Below are positions 29,104-44,067 of a DNA stretch of 64,000 nt, in pieces. The notes under the pieces were generated by a model. The model did not search any database and had not been told where the DNA came from. It worked only from the letters and a program-made list of their open reading frames with translations. The number at the start of each line of letters is the position of its first letter. The first letter of the stretch is position 1. This DNA comes from Eledone cirrhosa (taxonomy: Eukaryota), in contig OZ024743.1 of assembly GCA_964016885.1 (NCBI GenBank), forward strand, positions 40,920,001 to 40,984,000, given 5' to 3'. The position numbers and the translations under genes were made by a program.

Positions 29104-29376
29104 GGAAAAGAATGAAATGAAATTTCATTTCTCACTCTTAGTACGGGTGATAATTAAATATAAGTATGTATACGTACATACATATATGTATACAGACGTA
29201 CAGTTGTATGCATATATATATATACATACATGTACATATATATATATATTTACGTATGGTTTTACCGAACATTTATTGTAATGTTCGGTTTGTTTGTAAA
29301 CAAACAGCCGTACAGTGTTCGGCAACCATCGTTGCTCTTTTGTTCAACACTGTATATGTATGTGCGTATACATACT

Positions 29377-29452
<76 letters not shown>

Positions 29453-29499
29453 AGTGTATGTATGCAAAATAACCAGTAAGAGAAAATAAATGAATGGAT

Positions 29500-30600
29500 T
29501 AATGGGAACTTTTCTAATTGTACAATGTGTAAGACTATCTGACTATACGCGGCTGGACATAAATCTCACATTACAACACGCAATTTCACACTTCATATGG
29601 AATATAGAACTTATCTACAATTTCACCCTCATGAGTGCCACATAGGCCAGATGATCTGCAAATCTCAAGATGGTTTGAAGAGACATTTCAAAATTTATTA
29701 AGATCAGACAGTAGAATTGCTTCAAGCATCACCAAAACTAACTGGTCACCGTCGTGGCATCTGGCGTACTAGGTAATATGTCTATCCTTGCCTCCCCCTT
29801 CTAGTTCGTCATTGCAGGGGCTCCATCAGGACGACTGAGTGCAGTGTTAGTACTGAATGTCGGTGAACATTTCCAGAAAGCCTTAATTTCCACTGTGTCA
29901 CTTTCGAGTTGACATTTGGGAGTCCTCCGTACAGCGTGTAATTCTTTATTGTGCGTACTGAGAATATCTAGCGCCATGCATCATCCTCGTGTAGCGCCCA
30001 TCCACCATCTAAGTGAAACTCTTGGTCTAAGTGTCAGACACGTACAGCAGTACAGTCTCCACGGTGGAAGGGGATCGAAAGGTTTTTATGAATGTCCGAT
30101 TTCCACACCAAATTTACACTATGACACGGCGCCCAAGGGTTTCTCTTCCTTTCCACTACATGCTTTTCTTTTTTCCTAATATTCGCTCCCAGATATAGAA
30201 TTCTAGCGGCTTCCCGCCCACATTCACAATCTTCTTTTGATCCATGATTTTCTTCACATGATATCACAGCCCTACACCAACACCAGAGTCTAATTCTTCA
30301 CACATGACCGGATAACGGAGTTCTTTGAGATACTGGTTGGAGTGCTCCAGGGCGATATGTTGGTTCCCTTTTCATCATCGCAAGATACTTTTTTTATGCA
30401 CCTTGCGCTGGAGAAACACAAGGACTCGGGCTACACTGAAATGCTGAGAAAGAGCAGGAAAGTTAAGTCGAAAAAGAGATCAGATGCTGAATTTGGTGAT
30501 GACATAGTTCTGGTGACAAACAGTGAAAGAGGCAGAGGTGTTTATGCTTGAGGTGGAGATTGTATCGATGAGTGTGTGACTGTGAATGAATGAGAATAGG
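29500..30600. pseudogene. Rearranged LINE (RTE-X/L2-like) RT remnants in both orientations
   Basis: Plus strand GVLQGD..PF motif and FGDDIVLV (30330-30520); minus strand VWKS..TVETVLLY (30030-30140). Confidence 0.55.
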
Positions 30601-30605
30601 ACGTA

Positions 30606-30649
<44 letters not shown>

Positions 30650-30705
30650 GTAAGTATGTGTGTATACGTACATACATACATGTATACAGACGTACAGTAG
30701 CATGC

Positions 30706-30754
<49 letters not shown>

Positions 30755-30959
30755 CAGGTACACATACATATATGCACGTATCACTGATACGTGCATATGT
30801 GTATGTGTACCTGTATGTATATATATATATATATATATATATGCATGCTACTATACGTCTGTATACATATATGTGTGTACGTATACATACATACTTACAT
30901 TGAAGTAAGTGCCGTACTAAGAGTGAGAAATGAAATTTCGTTTTCATTTTATTTCAACT

Positions 30960-31006
<47 letters not shown>

Positions 31007-31062
31007 GGCCTTCGTTGCAAGTGATTTAAATTCAGGAATTTTATATTCTTTGAATGAAAAGA

Positions 31063-31146
31063 ACCTTCTGACGAGAATCTTTCTTTGCAACGAAGGCCGT
31101 ATGGTCTCCGTTTTATTTTGGGGATTCGAAACCGATCGGTAAAGGT
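31063..31146 (+). ncRNA. Type-I hammerhead ribozyme, canonical core (copy 1)
   Basis: acctt CTGACGA gaatctt...gggattc GAAA ccgatcgg TA aaggt; predicted cut after 31141. Confidence 0.9.
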
Positions 31147-31545
31147 AACTATAGTAGGTAAAGTCAATTTTTTAAAATTTATTTTGAAACTTTTTCATTA
31201 TTTGCTAAACCTTGTTTATATTTGTTCTGGCTCGTTAATTTATTAAACCGCCATTGAACCACACTGGCATTTGGTTGGACAATACATGCGTACCTTGGCG
31301 CCTTTTGCGTGAAGGAACGTATATCCTATTACTACTACCTCCACTAATGTTGAGAACAAATTTGGTCGTTCTGACTGCTGCTAGCAATAGCTGTGGCTAG
31401 TTTGACCTACCTCCTTTTGCCTCTATCTTTGCTTCGGCCCTTGATAAACCTGTTTCTACATCATCCACTCTCATCCCAGGAACAGTTTTGATAGCGCTAG
31501 TTTGTGATTTAAATTCAGGAATTTTATATTCTTTGAATGAAAAGA

Positions 31546-31629
31546 ACATTCTGACGAGAATCTTTCTTTGCAACGAAGGCCGTATGGTCTCCGTTTTATT
31601 TTTGGGATTCGAAACCGATCGGTAAAGGT
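31546..31629 (+). ncRNA. Type-I hammerhead ribozyme, canonical core (copy 2)
   Basis: acatt CTGACGA gaatctt...gggattc GAAA ccgatcgg TA aaggt; one stem I mismatch; predicted cut after 31624. Confidence 0.85.
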
Positions 31630-31807
31630 AACTATAGTAGGTAAAGTCAATTTTTTAAAATTTATGTTGAAACTTTTTCATTATTTGCTAAACCTTGTTT
31701 ATATTTGTTCTGGCTCGTTAATTTATTAACCCGCCATTGAACCACACTGGCATTTGGTTGGACAATACATGCGTACCTTGGCGCCTTGTGCGTGAAGGAA
31801 CGTATAT

Positions 31808-31908
<101 letters not shown>

Positions 31909-31934
31909 ATATATATATGGTTTTAATATAGATG

Positions 31935-31985
31935 AGATTCTACAGTACTATAACTGTTTCATTCTTTAGAAATCATCAGGAATCT
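31935..31985 (-). ncRNA. Type-I hammerhead ribozyme in an inverted PLE repeat (31920-32138)
   Basis: Reverse complement: AGAUUC CUGAUGA UUUCUAAAGAAU GAAA CAGU-uauagu-ACUG UA GAAUCU. Confidence 0.85.
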
Positions 31986-32139
31986 GGCTATCCAAAAATA
32001 AATGGGGTATTTATAGGTCTTTTCAGGTGGTAGGAGAGGGTGGTGAGTGGGATGGTTAGTGGTCATTCGTTGATAGAAAAGGGAATTCATTAAAGGCTAA
32101 TTCTTTAAAGCTATAATTTATATTTAGAGTGACAAAGGG

Positions 32140-33071
32140 CCAACTTCTTAGATGTCACTCTCGACCTAGATACTTCCCTCTATTACCCGTACCATAAACC
32201 TAACGAGTGCCTTTGATATATTAATGTTAATTCTAACCACCCCAAAAGCGTCTCTATTAGAATCTCTGGCCTCTCTGCCAATGAAGATATTTTTAACGCC
32301 TCTGCCTCATACTACAATGACGCCCTCGCCTGCAGCGGATTTAAAGAAAAGATAACCTACCTAGAAGCCACCGCAAGACTGTAGAGGAGAAATAGGCATA
32401 TGCAGATTAGCTGGTACAACCCTCCCTTCAATAGAGAGGTCTCTACACCTATAGCTAGGATATTCTTCACTTTGCTGAAAGCACACTTCCCCATACAACA
32501 TAGGTACCACACCATCTTTAAGAAGAACATAATAAGACTTCCCTACTCCACCACACCTAACCTAGCTAGGAATATAGCCAATCACAATTCTAAAAAATTA
32601 AATAAGCCGACCACCTCCGAACCCAAACCCGGACTTGGGCCTTGTGTAATTGCCTAAATAAGGAAGTCGGCCACTTAAAAAAAATGCCTGACAAATGATA
32701 TCGTATACAAATGCGATGTCATCTCAGGCACCGATAATTGCAACGACAAAAAGACTTACATCGGCATGACTTCCAATAACTTTAAGACCCGTTGTTATGC
32801 GCATACCCACTCCTTCAGTAGACCGGACAAATCAAACCAGACAACACTCGCCTCCTATGTTTGGGACCTCAAAAGGAACTCCACCCCCTTCACGCTTAAA
32901 TGGAAAATACTCCAGGAAGCGCGCTCTTACAACGGAGGACACAAGGGCTGCGACCTTTGTATCTCAGAGAGCAACGACATTTTATTCGCCAAGGGCCCGC
33001 TACGAAGCAAACTCTCAGAACACTGCCCGAACTGCATGCACAGACATTTTGCAACTTTCAAAATACCTTAA
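32140..33071 (+). pseudogene. 5'-truncated Penelope RT C-terminus + GIY-YIG (stops and frameshifts)
   Basis: ANFLDVTLDL..YYPYHKPNE..SNHP, WYNPPFN, YSTTPNL, IVYKC..TYIGMTSNNFKTR..H, CDLCISE..CMH. Confidence 0.88.
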
Positions 33072-33312
33072 GTCATTATTAATGCCTGATGGATAAAAAC
33101 GACTTTCCCCTTTTAGACCCTCTACCTCCTTCCCACCCCACCTCACCCCTCCTCAACCTGAAATACGGCCACTATGGTTATGTGAGTACCTCCTACCTAT
33201 CTGCATTTTCTGCTACTAGAGCTGTTTTCAAGCGCTGTGTGTAGGTGCGTTCATTTGTCCTCTTTGTGTGTATATTTATATTTATTTGTAAGTATATATG
33301 GTTTTGTGTATA

Positions 33313-33391
<79 letters not shown>

Positions 33392-33446
33392 GTATATATA
33401 TATATATGTGTATGTATGTGTGTGTATATTTATATATGTATGTATA

Positions 33447-33559
<113 letters not shown>

Positions 33560-33602
33560 GTATATATGTATATGTATATATATGTATATGTATATATATA
33601 TT

Positions 33603-33715
<113 letters not shown>

Positions 33716-33768
33716 ATATGTGTATATGTATGTGTATGTGTGTGTATGTATATGTATGTATAGGTATG

Positions 33769-33812
<44 letters not shown>

Positions 33813-33954
33813 CGTTTATATATGTGTATATATGTGTATATATGTGTATATATGTATGTGTATGTGTATATGTGTATGTATGTGTGTGTATGTATATGTA
33901 TATGTATATGAGTGTGTATATATATATATATGTATGTGTATGTGTGCATGTGTG

Positions 33955-34005
<51 letters not shown>

Positions 34006-34062
34006 GTATGTGTTTGTATATATGTGTATGTATATTTACATATATTATATCTGCGTATGTAT

Positions 34063-34142
<80 letters not shown>

Positions 34143-34190
34143 ACATGTATGTATATATGTATGTGTATATGTATATGCGTGTGTATGTGT

Positions 34191-34223
<33 letters not shown>

Positions 34224-34885
34224 AATATATATATATATCCATATGTGTATATATATATATATATATAAAATTTCAGGTTATCAATAATGTAGTGATAATA
34301 TATCGTTACGTTAGAGATGAACAGCGTACGTGCAGGTTTGCGTGTATGTATATATGTATATATACACGTGGGGTCAGCAATAGTCAGTCCTTGTATTAAC
34401 ATTGAACTAAAACCTGTTGAGGAAGTGGCTACCTTGTTCAATCATCCTATCAGAAGCCTGACATTATTTATGTAAGCGGATGTTACTTCATTTAGGAGCC
34501 GCAGAAACCCATATACTGGATTTTACCAACCTTCCAGGGATCCGGGTAAATTTTCAATACCCGAATTACTTGATCGTTTTTTAGGCTATGCGAATGATTG
34601 TTTAACCATCGTCTCAGTGTGTTTGGCCTTTAACGTTTGTTATAGCTCTGGTTCATCTGAATCATTGAGCACTTGCCGCACATCTCGGAGGTTGCTTTTC
34701 GTTATTTCATGGGCCGAAATACGAATCTCGATAATTTATGTTTGTCTATATATACGTCTTTCTTTCTAACTGTGCTCAACACTAAATATTTACAAACATT
34801 TCACTACCAAACCAACTTTTTTAAATGGAAGTTCATCAATATTTTATGGTACGTCAAATTTGTTTATAAAACTGGTTATATATTG

Positions 34886-34951
34886 TATTTTATCTGAAGA
34901 AGGCATGCCATATTTTTAATATGGTATCCCTGAAATATGTATAATGAAATA
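34886..34951 (+). ncRNA. Type-I hammerhead ribozyme near the 3' end of an ~800-bp insert (34270-35080)
   Basis: tattttat CTGAAGA aggcatgccatatt-ttt-aatatggtatccct GAAA tatgta TA atgaaata. Confidence 0.8.
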
Positions 34952-35081
34952 AATATTGTTTTATAAATATAGTTTCCATTTGTTTAATATCGTATATCTA
35001 CTCCAAAACTTGTTGAGTGCTTTATATCAGTTTTAAAATATTTACTCGTTGTAACCCAACAATTTTAAATAGAACTTTTGC

Positions 35082-35116
<35 letters not shown>

Positions 35117-35148
35117 TGTGTATATATGTTTATATATATATATGTGTA

Positions 35149-35219
<71 letters not shown>

Positions 35220-35441
35220 CGTTTCTGAATTTGTTTAGCAAGATTCTTTATCTGAAATCGTGTGTTGAAACCGATATTGTTATACTTTGGGAGGGTCATG
35301 TTGCCAATAAGAAACACACGCACCAGTTGCTTTCACTTCAATTTATTATATATTTATAAATTTATAAATTTACAAATCTACAAACTTATAAATTTCTGGT
35401 TGGTTGGTTGGTTCCACAACCAGATAGTTGTTTATATATAT

Positions 35442-35486
35442 AGTCATAGTCCTTTCGTCACACACTCTGTGACCTCTTCAGTGACT
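35442..35486 (-). ncRNA. Minimal hammerhead (left arm)
   Basis: Reverse complement: AGUCA CUGAAGA GGUCACA-gagug-UGUGAC GAAA GGAC UA UGACU. Confidence 0.8.
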
Positions 35487-35623
35487 GGGGATTCCTTTCT
35501 TTGTTTCCCTGCCTTTCCTTTCTTCTGTCCTACGCCATTTTGTTTCTGTGTGTGACACACACAGAAACAAAATGGCGTAGGACAGAAGAAAGGAAAGGCA
35601 CAGAAACAAAGAAAGGAATCCCC

Positions 35624-35668
35624 AGTCACTGAAGAGGTCACAGAATGTGTGACGAAAGGACTATGACT
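35624..35668 (+). ncRNA. Minimal hammerhead (right arm)
   Basis: agtca ctgaaga ggtcacagaatgtgtgac gaaa ggac ta tgact. Confidence 0.8.
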
Positions 35669-35827
35669 ATATATATAAACAACTATCTGGTTGTGGAACC
35701 AACCAACCAACCAGAAATTAATAAGTTTGTAGATTTGTAAATTTATAAATTTATAAATATAATATAAATTGAAGTGAAAGCACTGGTGTGTGTGTTTCTT
35801 ATTGGCAACATGACCCTCCCAAAGTAT

Positions 35828-35899
<72 letters not shown>

Positions 35900-36039
35900 A
35901 TATATATGTGTGTGTGGGGGGGGGGGTGTATGTATGTGTGTGGGTGCGTGTGTTGTCTGTGTGTGTGTTTGTGAATGTGTTTGTTGACACCTGGATTATA
36001 GCTTAAGAGAAATTTGAAGATAGTGATATGATAGGCACC

Positions 36040-36362
36040 AAATATTCTGAACTTGTTTATACAATTCTTTCTGCCTTTGTCACTCTAAATATAAATTATA
36101 GCTTTAAAGTATTAGCCTTTAATGAATTCCCTTTTCTATCAACCAATGACCTCTACCCATCCCACTCCCCACCCTCTCCTACCATCTGAAAAGACCTATA
36201 AATATCACATATAATTTTGGATAGCCAGATTCCTAATGATTTCTAAAGAATGAAACAGTTCTAATCTTGTAGAATCTCATCAATATTAAAACTGTTATAC
36301 TCTGCTATGTATTGAGTACCTTACTAACTGTGGTTAGCTTCGATTCAACCCGGAATAACGTA

Positions 36363-36364
<2 letters not shown>
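36040..36364 (+). mobile_element. PLE 3' repeat with mutated HHR (36227-36277, CUAAUGA) and tail
   Basis: Reverse complement of 31920-32138, plus tail gttatactctgctatg..cccggaataacgta that is also seen at 60144-60207. A truncated related HHR lies at 36457-36499 (-). Confidence 0.8.
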
Positions 36365-36425
<61 letters not shown>

Positions 36426-36498
36426 TGTATATATATATATATATAATATAGAAATGGCTTCTACAGGACTAGAACTGTTTCATTCGGGAGAAATCCTC

Positions 36499-36570
<72 letters not shown>

Positions 36571-38452
36571 GCATTTGTACATAAATATAAACATTCAGGC
36601 ATGCATGTGGCGCGTACTTGCTTTTGTTTTATTTTAACCATCCACATTTTAAATTATGTGCACCTATAATTATATTATCATGAAGCATACAAATCTGCTG
36701 TTGAGCCTGTTTGTGTGAGAAAGTGATAGAGAAGGAGAGAGAGAGATTGAGAGAGAGAGACTGTGAGAGAGAAAGAAAGAGAGAGAAGTGGGGGGGGGGT
36801 AGTGAGGTTAATATGGAGTTATATAGGCAATGAATCTGATCTCTAGATAAATGATTAGTAATTCATTATGCCGTATTGTAGAAGAATCAACTATGCCAAT
36901 TACAAGACCCACGGATCTATTATAATCATGATTAACTACTTAATTATTTCATTATTAGATTCTTTGATATCCCAGTCTCCAGTGGTCGCCAGGTTATCTA
37001 TTGATTCATATCTTTGAGTTTCGTTTTTGTTTTCGTTTTTTGTTTTGTTAATCACCCAAGACAGTTCAATTTTTTTCCTATAATCCCAGAGTGCATTCAA
37101 TTCGCAGTAATCCCGCTGTTGTTGATTGTATTGTCCCTGGTAAAGTTTGGATTGCAAAAAATATTATTCATGACAATTTAGCAAATTAGACACGTCAGTT
37201 AATATTTAAGGATTATATTTACTTCAATCAATCCCGTTTTCTTTGTATCTTAATATTAAAATGTAATCTACAATTATCTCTCTCTCTCTCCCCCTCTCTT
37301 GCTTTCTCTCTCGCTCTCTCTGTAGAATAAAACAACTTTGATGTTACCGTTTATTGTCAGTAACATAAAATCAGTGGCCAGAATTAGTAGCGTGATCGTA
37401 TCTTTGATATAGTCACGTTAGAACGTAATAGGTTAGTCATCGAGAAATACCTGACTTGTGACCATTAATATTTCTTTCAACTTAGTTCAAATCAATAAAC
37501 ACCGTAATCAAAACCTTTATTCCTGTGTTATCCCCTGTGTTCTAAGTCCAACAACGTTAATGATTACATCATTTATTTCATAACTAATATGGTAATTTAG
37601 CCGTTATTAACCGTTACTATATAAACGTACACACATTTGTGCTCGCAACAACCTGCTGCTGAAGTTATATGTTATATGTGTAACATACATATAAGCTATA
37701 CGCTATATTTGAATTTGGTGACGTGATTATTTCAAATCAATGTAATTCGAATTTAATACAGATGTTGTTATTGGATTTGTTTGTTATATACAATAATGTT
37801 ATTGATGTCTTATCTTAATTTTTTTTTTAGTTTCTAATTTTATATAAGATAATTCGAATCAATTTAAGCGATGAAAGCCATCCAGTCGAAAATGACTAAT
37901 ATTCCTTTCATGTGTTGTTTCGTTGTCGTTTTTCCAATCTGACTTTTACATAAACTTTGCTATCTGTTCTTGAAGATAAAATATTATCTAATGATATTGA
38001 TTGTTTCTTCATTGTATGTTTGTCTGTACATTAGTGGTACTTATCGGACTTAAAATGGACGTTCACCGGATTCCTACGATACTATTTCCAGTTGTTTGAT
38101 CATTGGAACAGCCTACTAGAGAAATAAACGTACAAGTTCTCTACGTATTCCACAAACATGGCTTTAATTAAATTCTCTAGGTGATTCTATGTCACACATT
38201 GTGTGACAAGGCATGCTCTTTCATTTAAAGGTACAGTCCATTAGGAGGGCGCCCTTACAGTTTTCGCCTTCCCAGTTTTACTCAGAATACTTGCATCTAT
38301 CTGAGTTTGTGGTTAAGGACACTTGATCAAGAATCTACCTAAACTCATAACTTCTTAAACCATTCTGGAATGCTTCCATTTCACTTACAATAATAATGTT
38401 CAACTTGAAGCTATAACAGAAGAAACATATTTAACCACGGTCATATCATTGA

Positions 38453-38690
38453 GGCGCATGGCTTAGTGGTTAGAGCATTGGGCTTCCAATCGAAAGGTTG
38501 TGAGTTCAATTCTCGGACCGGGTGATGTGTTCTTTCCTTGAGCAAGACACTTTATTTAACGTTGCTCCAGTTTATTAAGCTGTAGAAATGAGAGGATAGG
38601 ACTTGGGCCTCTATCATTCAAACACACAAGACACCTCCAACAAGATATACCTTGGAGGAGGGCAGCTAAACCTGATTAGGTGTGATCTGT
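38453..38690 (+). mobile_element. tRNA-derived SINE (family S2)
   Basis: A-box tggcttagtgg, B-box gagttcaattc, ccttgagcaagacacttt domain; a partial copy is at 24973-25110. Confidence 0.8.
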
Positions 38691-39071
38691 AACAACAACA
38701 ACAAACAGCATATCATTGAGGGACAGAATGCATGATAATAATAGTTACGAAGCGTACATATTTATGAAACATGCACATTGCAATAGTTTACCATGTCTAC
38801 AGGGACATACGTATATAAAACAGATATCAGTTGGTAACTTCATCAGATTCTTTAACATCGTTAATTGCCAACATTTTATTATTTTCAATTATTATGCTTA
38901 CAAAACAATAATTTACACTGCCAAGTTTTGGTTAAGTCTGTTTCGCACTTCTTTACCACACTGCTATACCTCATCGTACTTGATTGTTACATTGCATTTA
39001 TTATCGATTTCCACTACATCAATTTGTTATTTATTTAATATTTCTTTTTAATTATTTGACCTTAGAATTTA

Positions 39072-39295
39072 TTGTTCTGTAGTAAAATGTGACCAGCCAT
39101 ATTTCAGTAGTATTTCTGTTGAAATATTGTTCTGTAGTAAAATGTGACCAGCCATATTTCAGTAGTATTTCTGTTGAAATGCTGTTCTGTAGTAAAATGT
39201 GACCAGCCATATTTCAGTAGTATTTCTGTTGAAATGTTGTTCTATAGTAAATTGAGACCAGTCATATTAAATTTGCATTTCTGTCGGAATGTTTT
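39072..39295 (+). repeat. 55-bp minisatellite, ~4 units
   Basis: Units start at 39072, 39127, 39182 and 39237 (ttgttctgtagtaaaatgtgaccagccatatttcagtagtatttctgttgaaat). Confidence 0.9.
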
Positions 39296-39506
39296 AGCAA
39301 ACTAACTAAACCATCAACCCATATTAAAATAATTAACTTAATGGCATTTCGTGTCCTCGTCAGTGCAAGAAAAGGAAGTAGAATCATGTGTGTACGGAAT
39401 TCACTGAAAACATTTTAATTAATACACAGTACTGACAACAAAGCATTGCAGCTGTCGCCTATTCTCTCTAATGAAATTCTTTTCTGTCTTTGTAACCCAT
39501 TCTGTT

Positions 39507-39561
<55 letters not shown>

Positions 39562-39592
39562 CATCAGTATTAGCAGCAGCAGCAACAGCAGT

Positions 39593-39670
<78 letters not shown>
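39507..39670. repeat. Compound (TAG)n-(CAG)n-(TAG)n microsatellite
   Basis: Directly visible. Confidence 0.95.
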
Positions 39671-41752
39671 CGGAGCTGTATTAGCAGCAACAACACCTGC
39701 AGCATAAGCAGATGAAATTGCAAGGAAGCTTGTTTTCTAACACACTTCAAGAATAACATAACGTTAGAATATTCACAATAACATCGTTGTTTAAGATAGT
39801 GAAGAGGTTATATTTTCTCATCCTCCAATATAAATTACCAGGACCGTATTTGAGTATTGCGATAACCACAGTTTCTACTTGTCATGCTGTATTACAAATG
39901 AGGTGGATTATATCTTTTAGACCAAATTTAAACTATAATAAAGTAAGGAGTGCGGGACTGTGTACGGTTTATTTCTTTTAATCCAGTGAGTAAAATAAGT
40001 TGGATTACTTTGAATAAATAATGAATGAATATTACATAATTTATCTAGTAAATTTCGTAGCTGTTGATTAAATATATTTTATTATTTAATGTCAACACTT
40101 CCGGTTAGCGATCGCTTAAATAAACATTCATATATTTCCGTCACTAATTTTCTTCTAATGCAGTTTATATATAATATCGTTTTAATGTATCATGGATTAC
40201 GTTACTGATTACATAAAAGAGTGTAACAACAACCTTCGATTAATAATCTATTTAACCGCTCTGAAAGTATGACCGGCAATGTAAACCTCAATGGGATTTG
40301 AATTCAGAGCGCAGAGAACCGAAACAGTACTGAGGCATGTAATTGTCGCTCTAACGACAATATCAGTCCATTGTCTAAAAATGTATAGCAGCCAAGTCTC
40401 CATCATAAAAAAAAATTAGATATTCAAAAAGACGAAATTGTTATAGATCGAATAACTTTCATCATAACGTAGCTTAACAGAGAGTTCGCCTGTAGGCAAA
40501 GAATAATGGCTAATGAGTTGAACAAAGCAGACACCCACTGCTCTTTATTTTCAACCAATCTAAACATCTACAATGAAAGTCTTATTCTATTTGCAATGTC
40601 ATAAACGTATAATGTGTCATCTATTGAATAGTGCGTGATATTGTATAGAGACAGCTTACAAATGTTGCTGAACGCCGTGACTCACTAAACTTGCTGCATC
40701 AATAAATATATACGAGAAAGCAAGTTTTGGTGCCAAGATGTGAATCACCACACTTACTATGTCAAACAGACATAGCTAGGAAGTATTATTTGATGTTGTG
40801 AGTGATTCATTTAGCTGTCTCAGTAGATAACTATTAAACGTTCCTGACAAGTTGTAAGTCATTTAACTTGTCTCAATCATAGCAAGAGGTACTGGAAGCT
40901 ACTCAACAAATTGAGCGAAACAGAGAAATAATATTCAAACATATATTTAACAAGCGTTGCTCAAAGCAGTGAATCACACAACGTACTATGGCACTACCAC
41001 ATGAAAAAGATAAATCATTCCCTTGACAAAAGCCCAAAATTCATATATCATTTAATTCTCATACGGAACAAGCATCGTGTAGTCATTTTTTTTTTAAATT
41101 CTTAATTTCATATTTCTTTCATACTTTCTTCTTTTTTTAATTTAAACTCGAAGGCGATGAATTGGTAGAGATAATATGGCGTCGAAATAAATACCTCGGT
41201 ATATGTTCTGGAGTACGGCACAACGATTTTGAGTTGGTCAACGTTGACTGTCATCTTTTCGGTATCGATAAATAAAATATGAATAATATCAAGTGACCAT
41301 AGGCAGATTAGCGAATTTTCAAAAAGTGTTTGATGAGTTGATTTGCGTACCAAATTCATCTCCCAGCTCCTTCCGACAGAACCTTCTAGTTGTAGATAAT
41401 ATCAGCAAAAGCAATCGGCAATTTTCCTTTACTAAAATCCAAATAATCTCTTTACTCTTCTATTTGCTATCGTTTTCTCCTATCTGTTGTAGATGCAGTA
41501 TGGTTGACTGAGTAACACGTTTACTTCACAAACATGAGGTATAAGGTTCAACCTTACCGTGTTCCACTTTAGTCAAAGATCGTTTCCAGTGATTGAAATT
41601 ACGTAGAGGAAAAATGCTTGGAAGCCAATCAGACAGATTTGTCAAACATTGCATTGCTTGTCCACCTAGACGATAAATTCAAGAGCAAGCTGTTCTGTTG
41701 ATCGAATAAATGGAAAACTTATGATTAAAACGAACGAACGTCTATTATTGTA

Positions 41753-41945
41753 GGCGGTGGATTGACAGTATCGGTAGAGGGTCGGACGCCATGCTTTCCA
41801 GCACAGTTACGTCCCTTTACGGACTGAGTTCAAATCCCGCCGAGGTTAACTTTGCCTTTCATCCTTACGGGGTCGATAAAATAAAGTACCAGTAATACAC
41901 TGGAATAATTGCGGGCCTTGTGCCAACAAGTAGAAACAATTATTG
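41753..41945 (+). mobile_element. Full-length SINE S1 with 9-nt TSD
   Basis: Near-identical to the reverse complement of 6722-6912; attattgta at 41744-41752 and 41939-41947. Confidence 0.9.
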
Positions 41946-42293
41946 TATGAGACGAAAGTTTACTCACAGACCTGACATTTCATTACAGCATAGGTTGTAT
42001 AAATGGAGGCTAATAGCCGTCATGTAGATGATGAGTCGAGGAAACATCTCTGATGTACGACAATAACGTCAACATGATAACTATACATAAGATAAATGAG
42101 AAGTGGTGCGTGTGAAGTTTGTTTGTAATTGTTTCTATGTATCATATTAAAGCAATAGGATAAAATACAATATAATAAAGATATAATATAAAAATGACAG
42201 AAAATAATAGCGTGATCTAATAGCCAGGTAACAGTTAATTCGGACATAGTGTCGTCTGATCCGACATCTCATGAGAAGTATGAATATATATAA

Positions 42294-42337
<44 letters not shown>

Positions 42338-42760
42338 CACACACACACACACATACATATAAATATATGTATGTACACATTTATTATTTTTTTATCATAG
42401 CTATAAAGCTAGACCTGTGAGTAAATAATCCGGGAATTCCGTGCTTAAGGACATTTAAGATTAGTAAGTGCCCTAGGCATGAAACACTTGGCACTCGAAT
42501 TACTGGCGTAGATTTACAGCTACAATAAAAACATAAACTTCACCTTACACGTGAATTGATTATTGTAGTTTTCCGTTTATATAGACTAATCTATCCATAT
42601 TCGAACACACATACACGCACGCATACACGCACACACACACTCACACACTCACAGACATACATATATAGAGAGAGAATGAGAAAAATATCTAAGCGAGAGA
42701 GAGAGAATGAGAATAAGAAGTGAGTAAGAGAGAGAGAGAGAGAGAAGTGAGTGAGAGAGA

Positions 42761-42829
<69 letters not shown>

Positions 42830-42982
42830 ATTCAAGTTACATCTATTCACTATTGGAAAGTTATATCAACGGAAAAAATGGTGGACTAATTATGTAAAAG
42901 GACGAAGATGTAATATATGAATACACACATACACATTCACTACTCCGTTCTCTAGTGTCGCACTAACAAATGCATCTATACC

Positions 42983-43025
<43 letters not shown>

Positions 43026-43066
43026 ACGTACGTATACATATATATATATATATATGTATACATACG

Positions 43067-43133
<67 letters not shown>

Positions 43134-43140
43134 ACATACG

Positions 43141-43204
<64 letters not shown>

Positions 43205-43664
43205 CATACGTATACACATATATATATAATATGTATCTCTCACTCTCTCTCTCTCTATATATATAGACATATATATATAATAAATATATGCGTGTGTGTC
43301 TGTATTTGTGCATGTGTGTGTGGGGGCGTGTGTACGTCTGAGTAAGTAGCCGATGGCATAAACAACTATTATAAAAATATAGAGAAACTTTTAAGAAAAC
43401 AAAAAGGAATAGAAAGGAAATTATTGGTGGCAAGGCACGTAATATTTAGCTGATTCCTGTCTTGGAGAATCTAAAATCTGGATAAATGGCAACAGATCAA
43501 AGAGAAAAGAACTGAAATAAAAGAGAGCGAATTTAACTATTGACTAAGGCTATAAAATGTCGTAAAAACCTCTAAGTAGATCTGAGACAGATATTTGTAT
43601 TATGAGTTTTTAGCGTTAAGAGATGGAATAAAAATATTATTACTACCGGCGGATTTTGAAGCGA

Positions 43665-43804
<140 letters not shown>

Positions 43805-43999
43805 GGGGGAGGGGTATTACATCTGACTGTTTCTGTGGGCGGGTGAAAGATAGCTGATTTGTCTTATACTGATAAATCATAACTTCTATTGAAAAATCAC
43901 ACTCAAGTTTAACGTCGATCGATATACACGTGTATGCTTATGTACACACAGGGGCACACACACGCACAAATATAATCATTATACATATTTATGTGCATA

Positions 44000-44067
<68 letters not shown>

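Larger units (their letters stand above)
35274..35835. repeat. Near-perfect 562-bp palindrome (centre 35555) in (TA)n
   Basis: Arms are reverse complements with a few substitutions/indels; the left side has an extra ~57-nt tail (35217-35273). Confidence 0.95.

Noticed and set aside
39072-39295. CRISPR-like regular repeat
   Set aside because: Head-to-tail units without unique spacers, eukaryotic context, no cas genes.
39335-39368. CUGACGA..GAAA on the minus strand
   Set aside because: No convincing stem I or stem II.
39415-39759. Poly-L, poly-S and poly-V/A ORFs
   Set aside because: Artefacts of the (TAG)n/(CAG)n tract.
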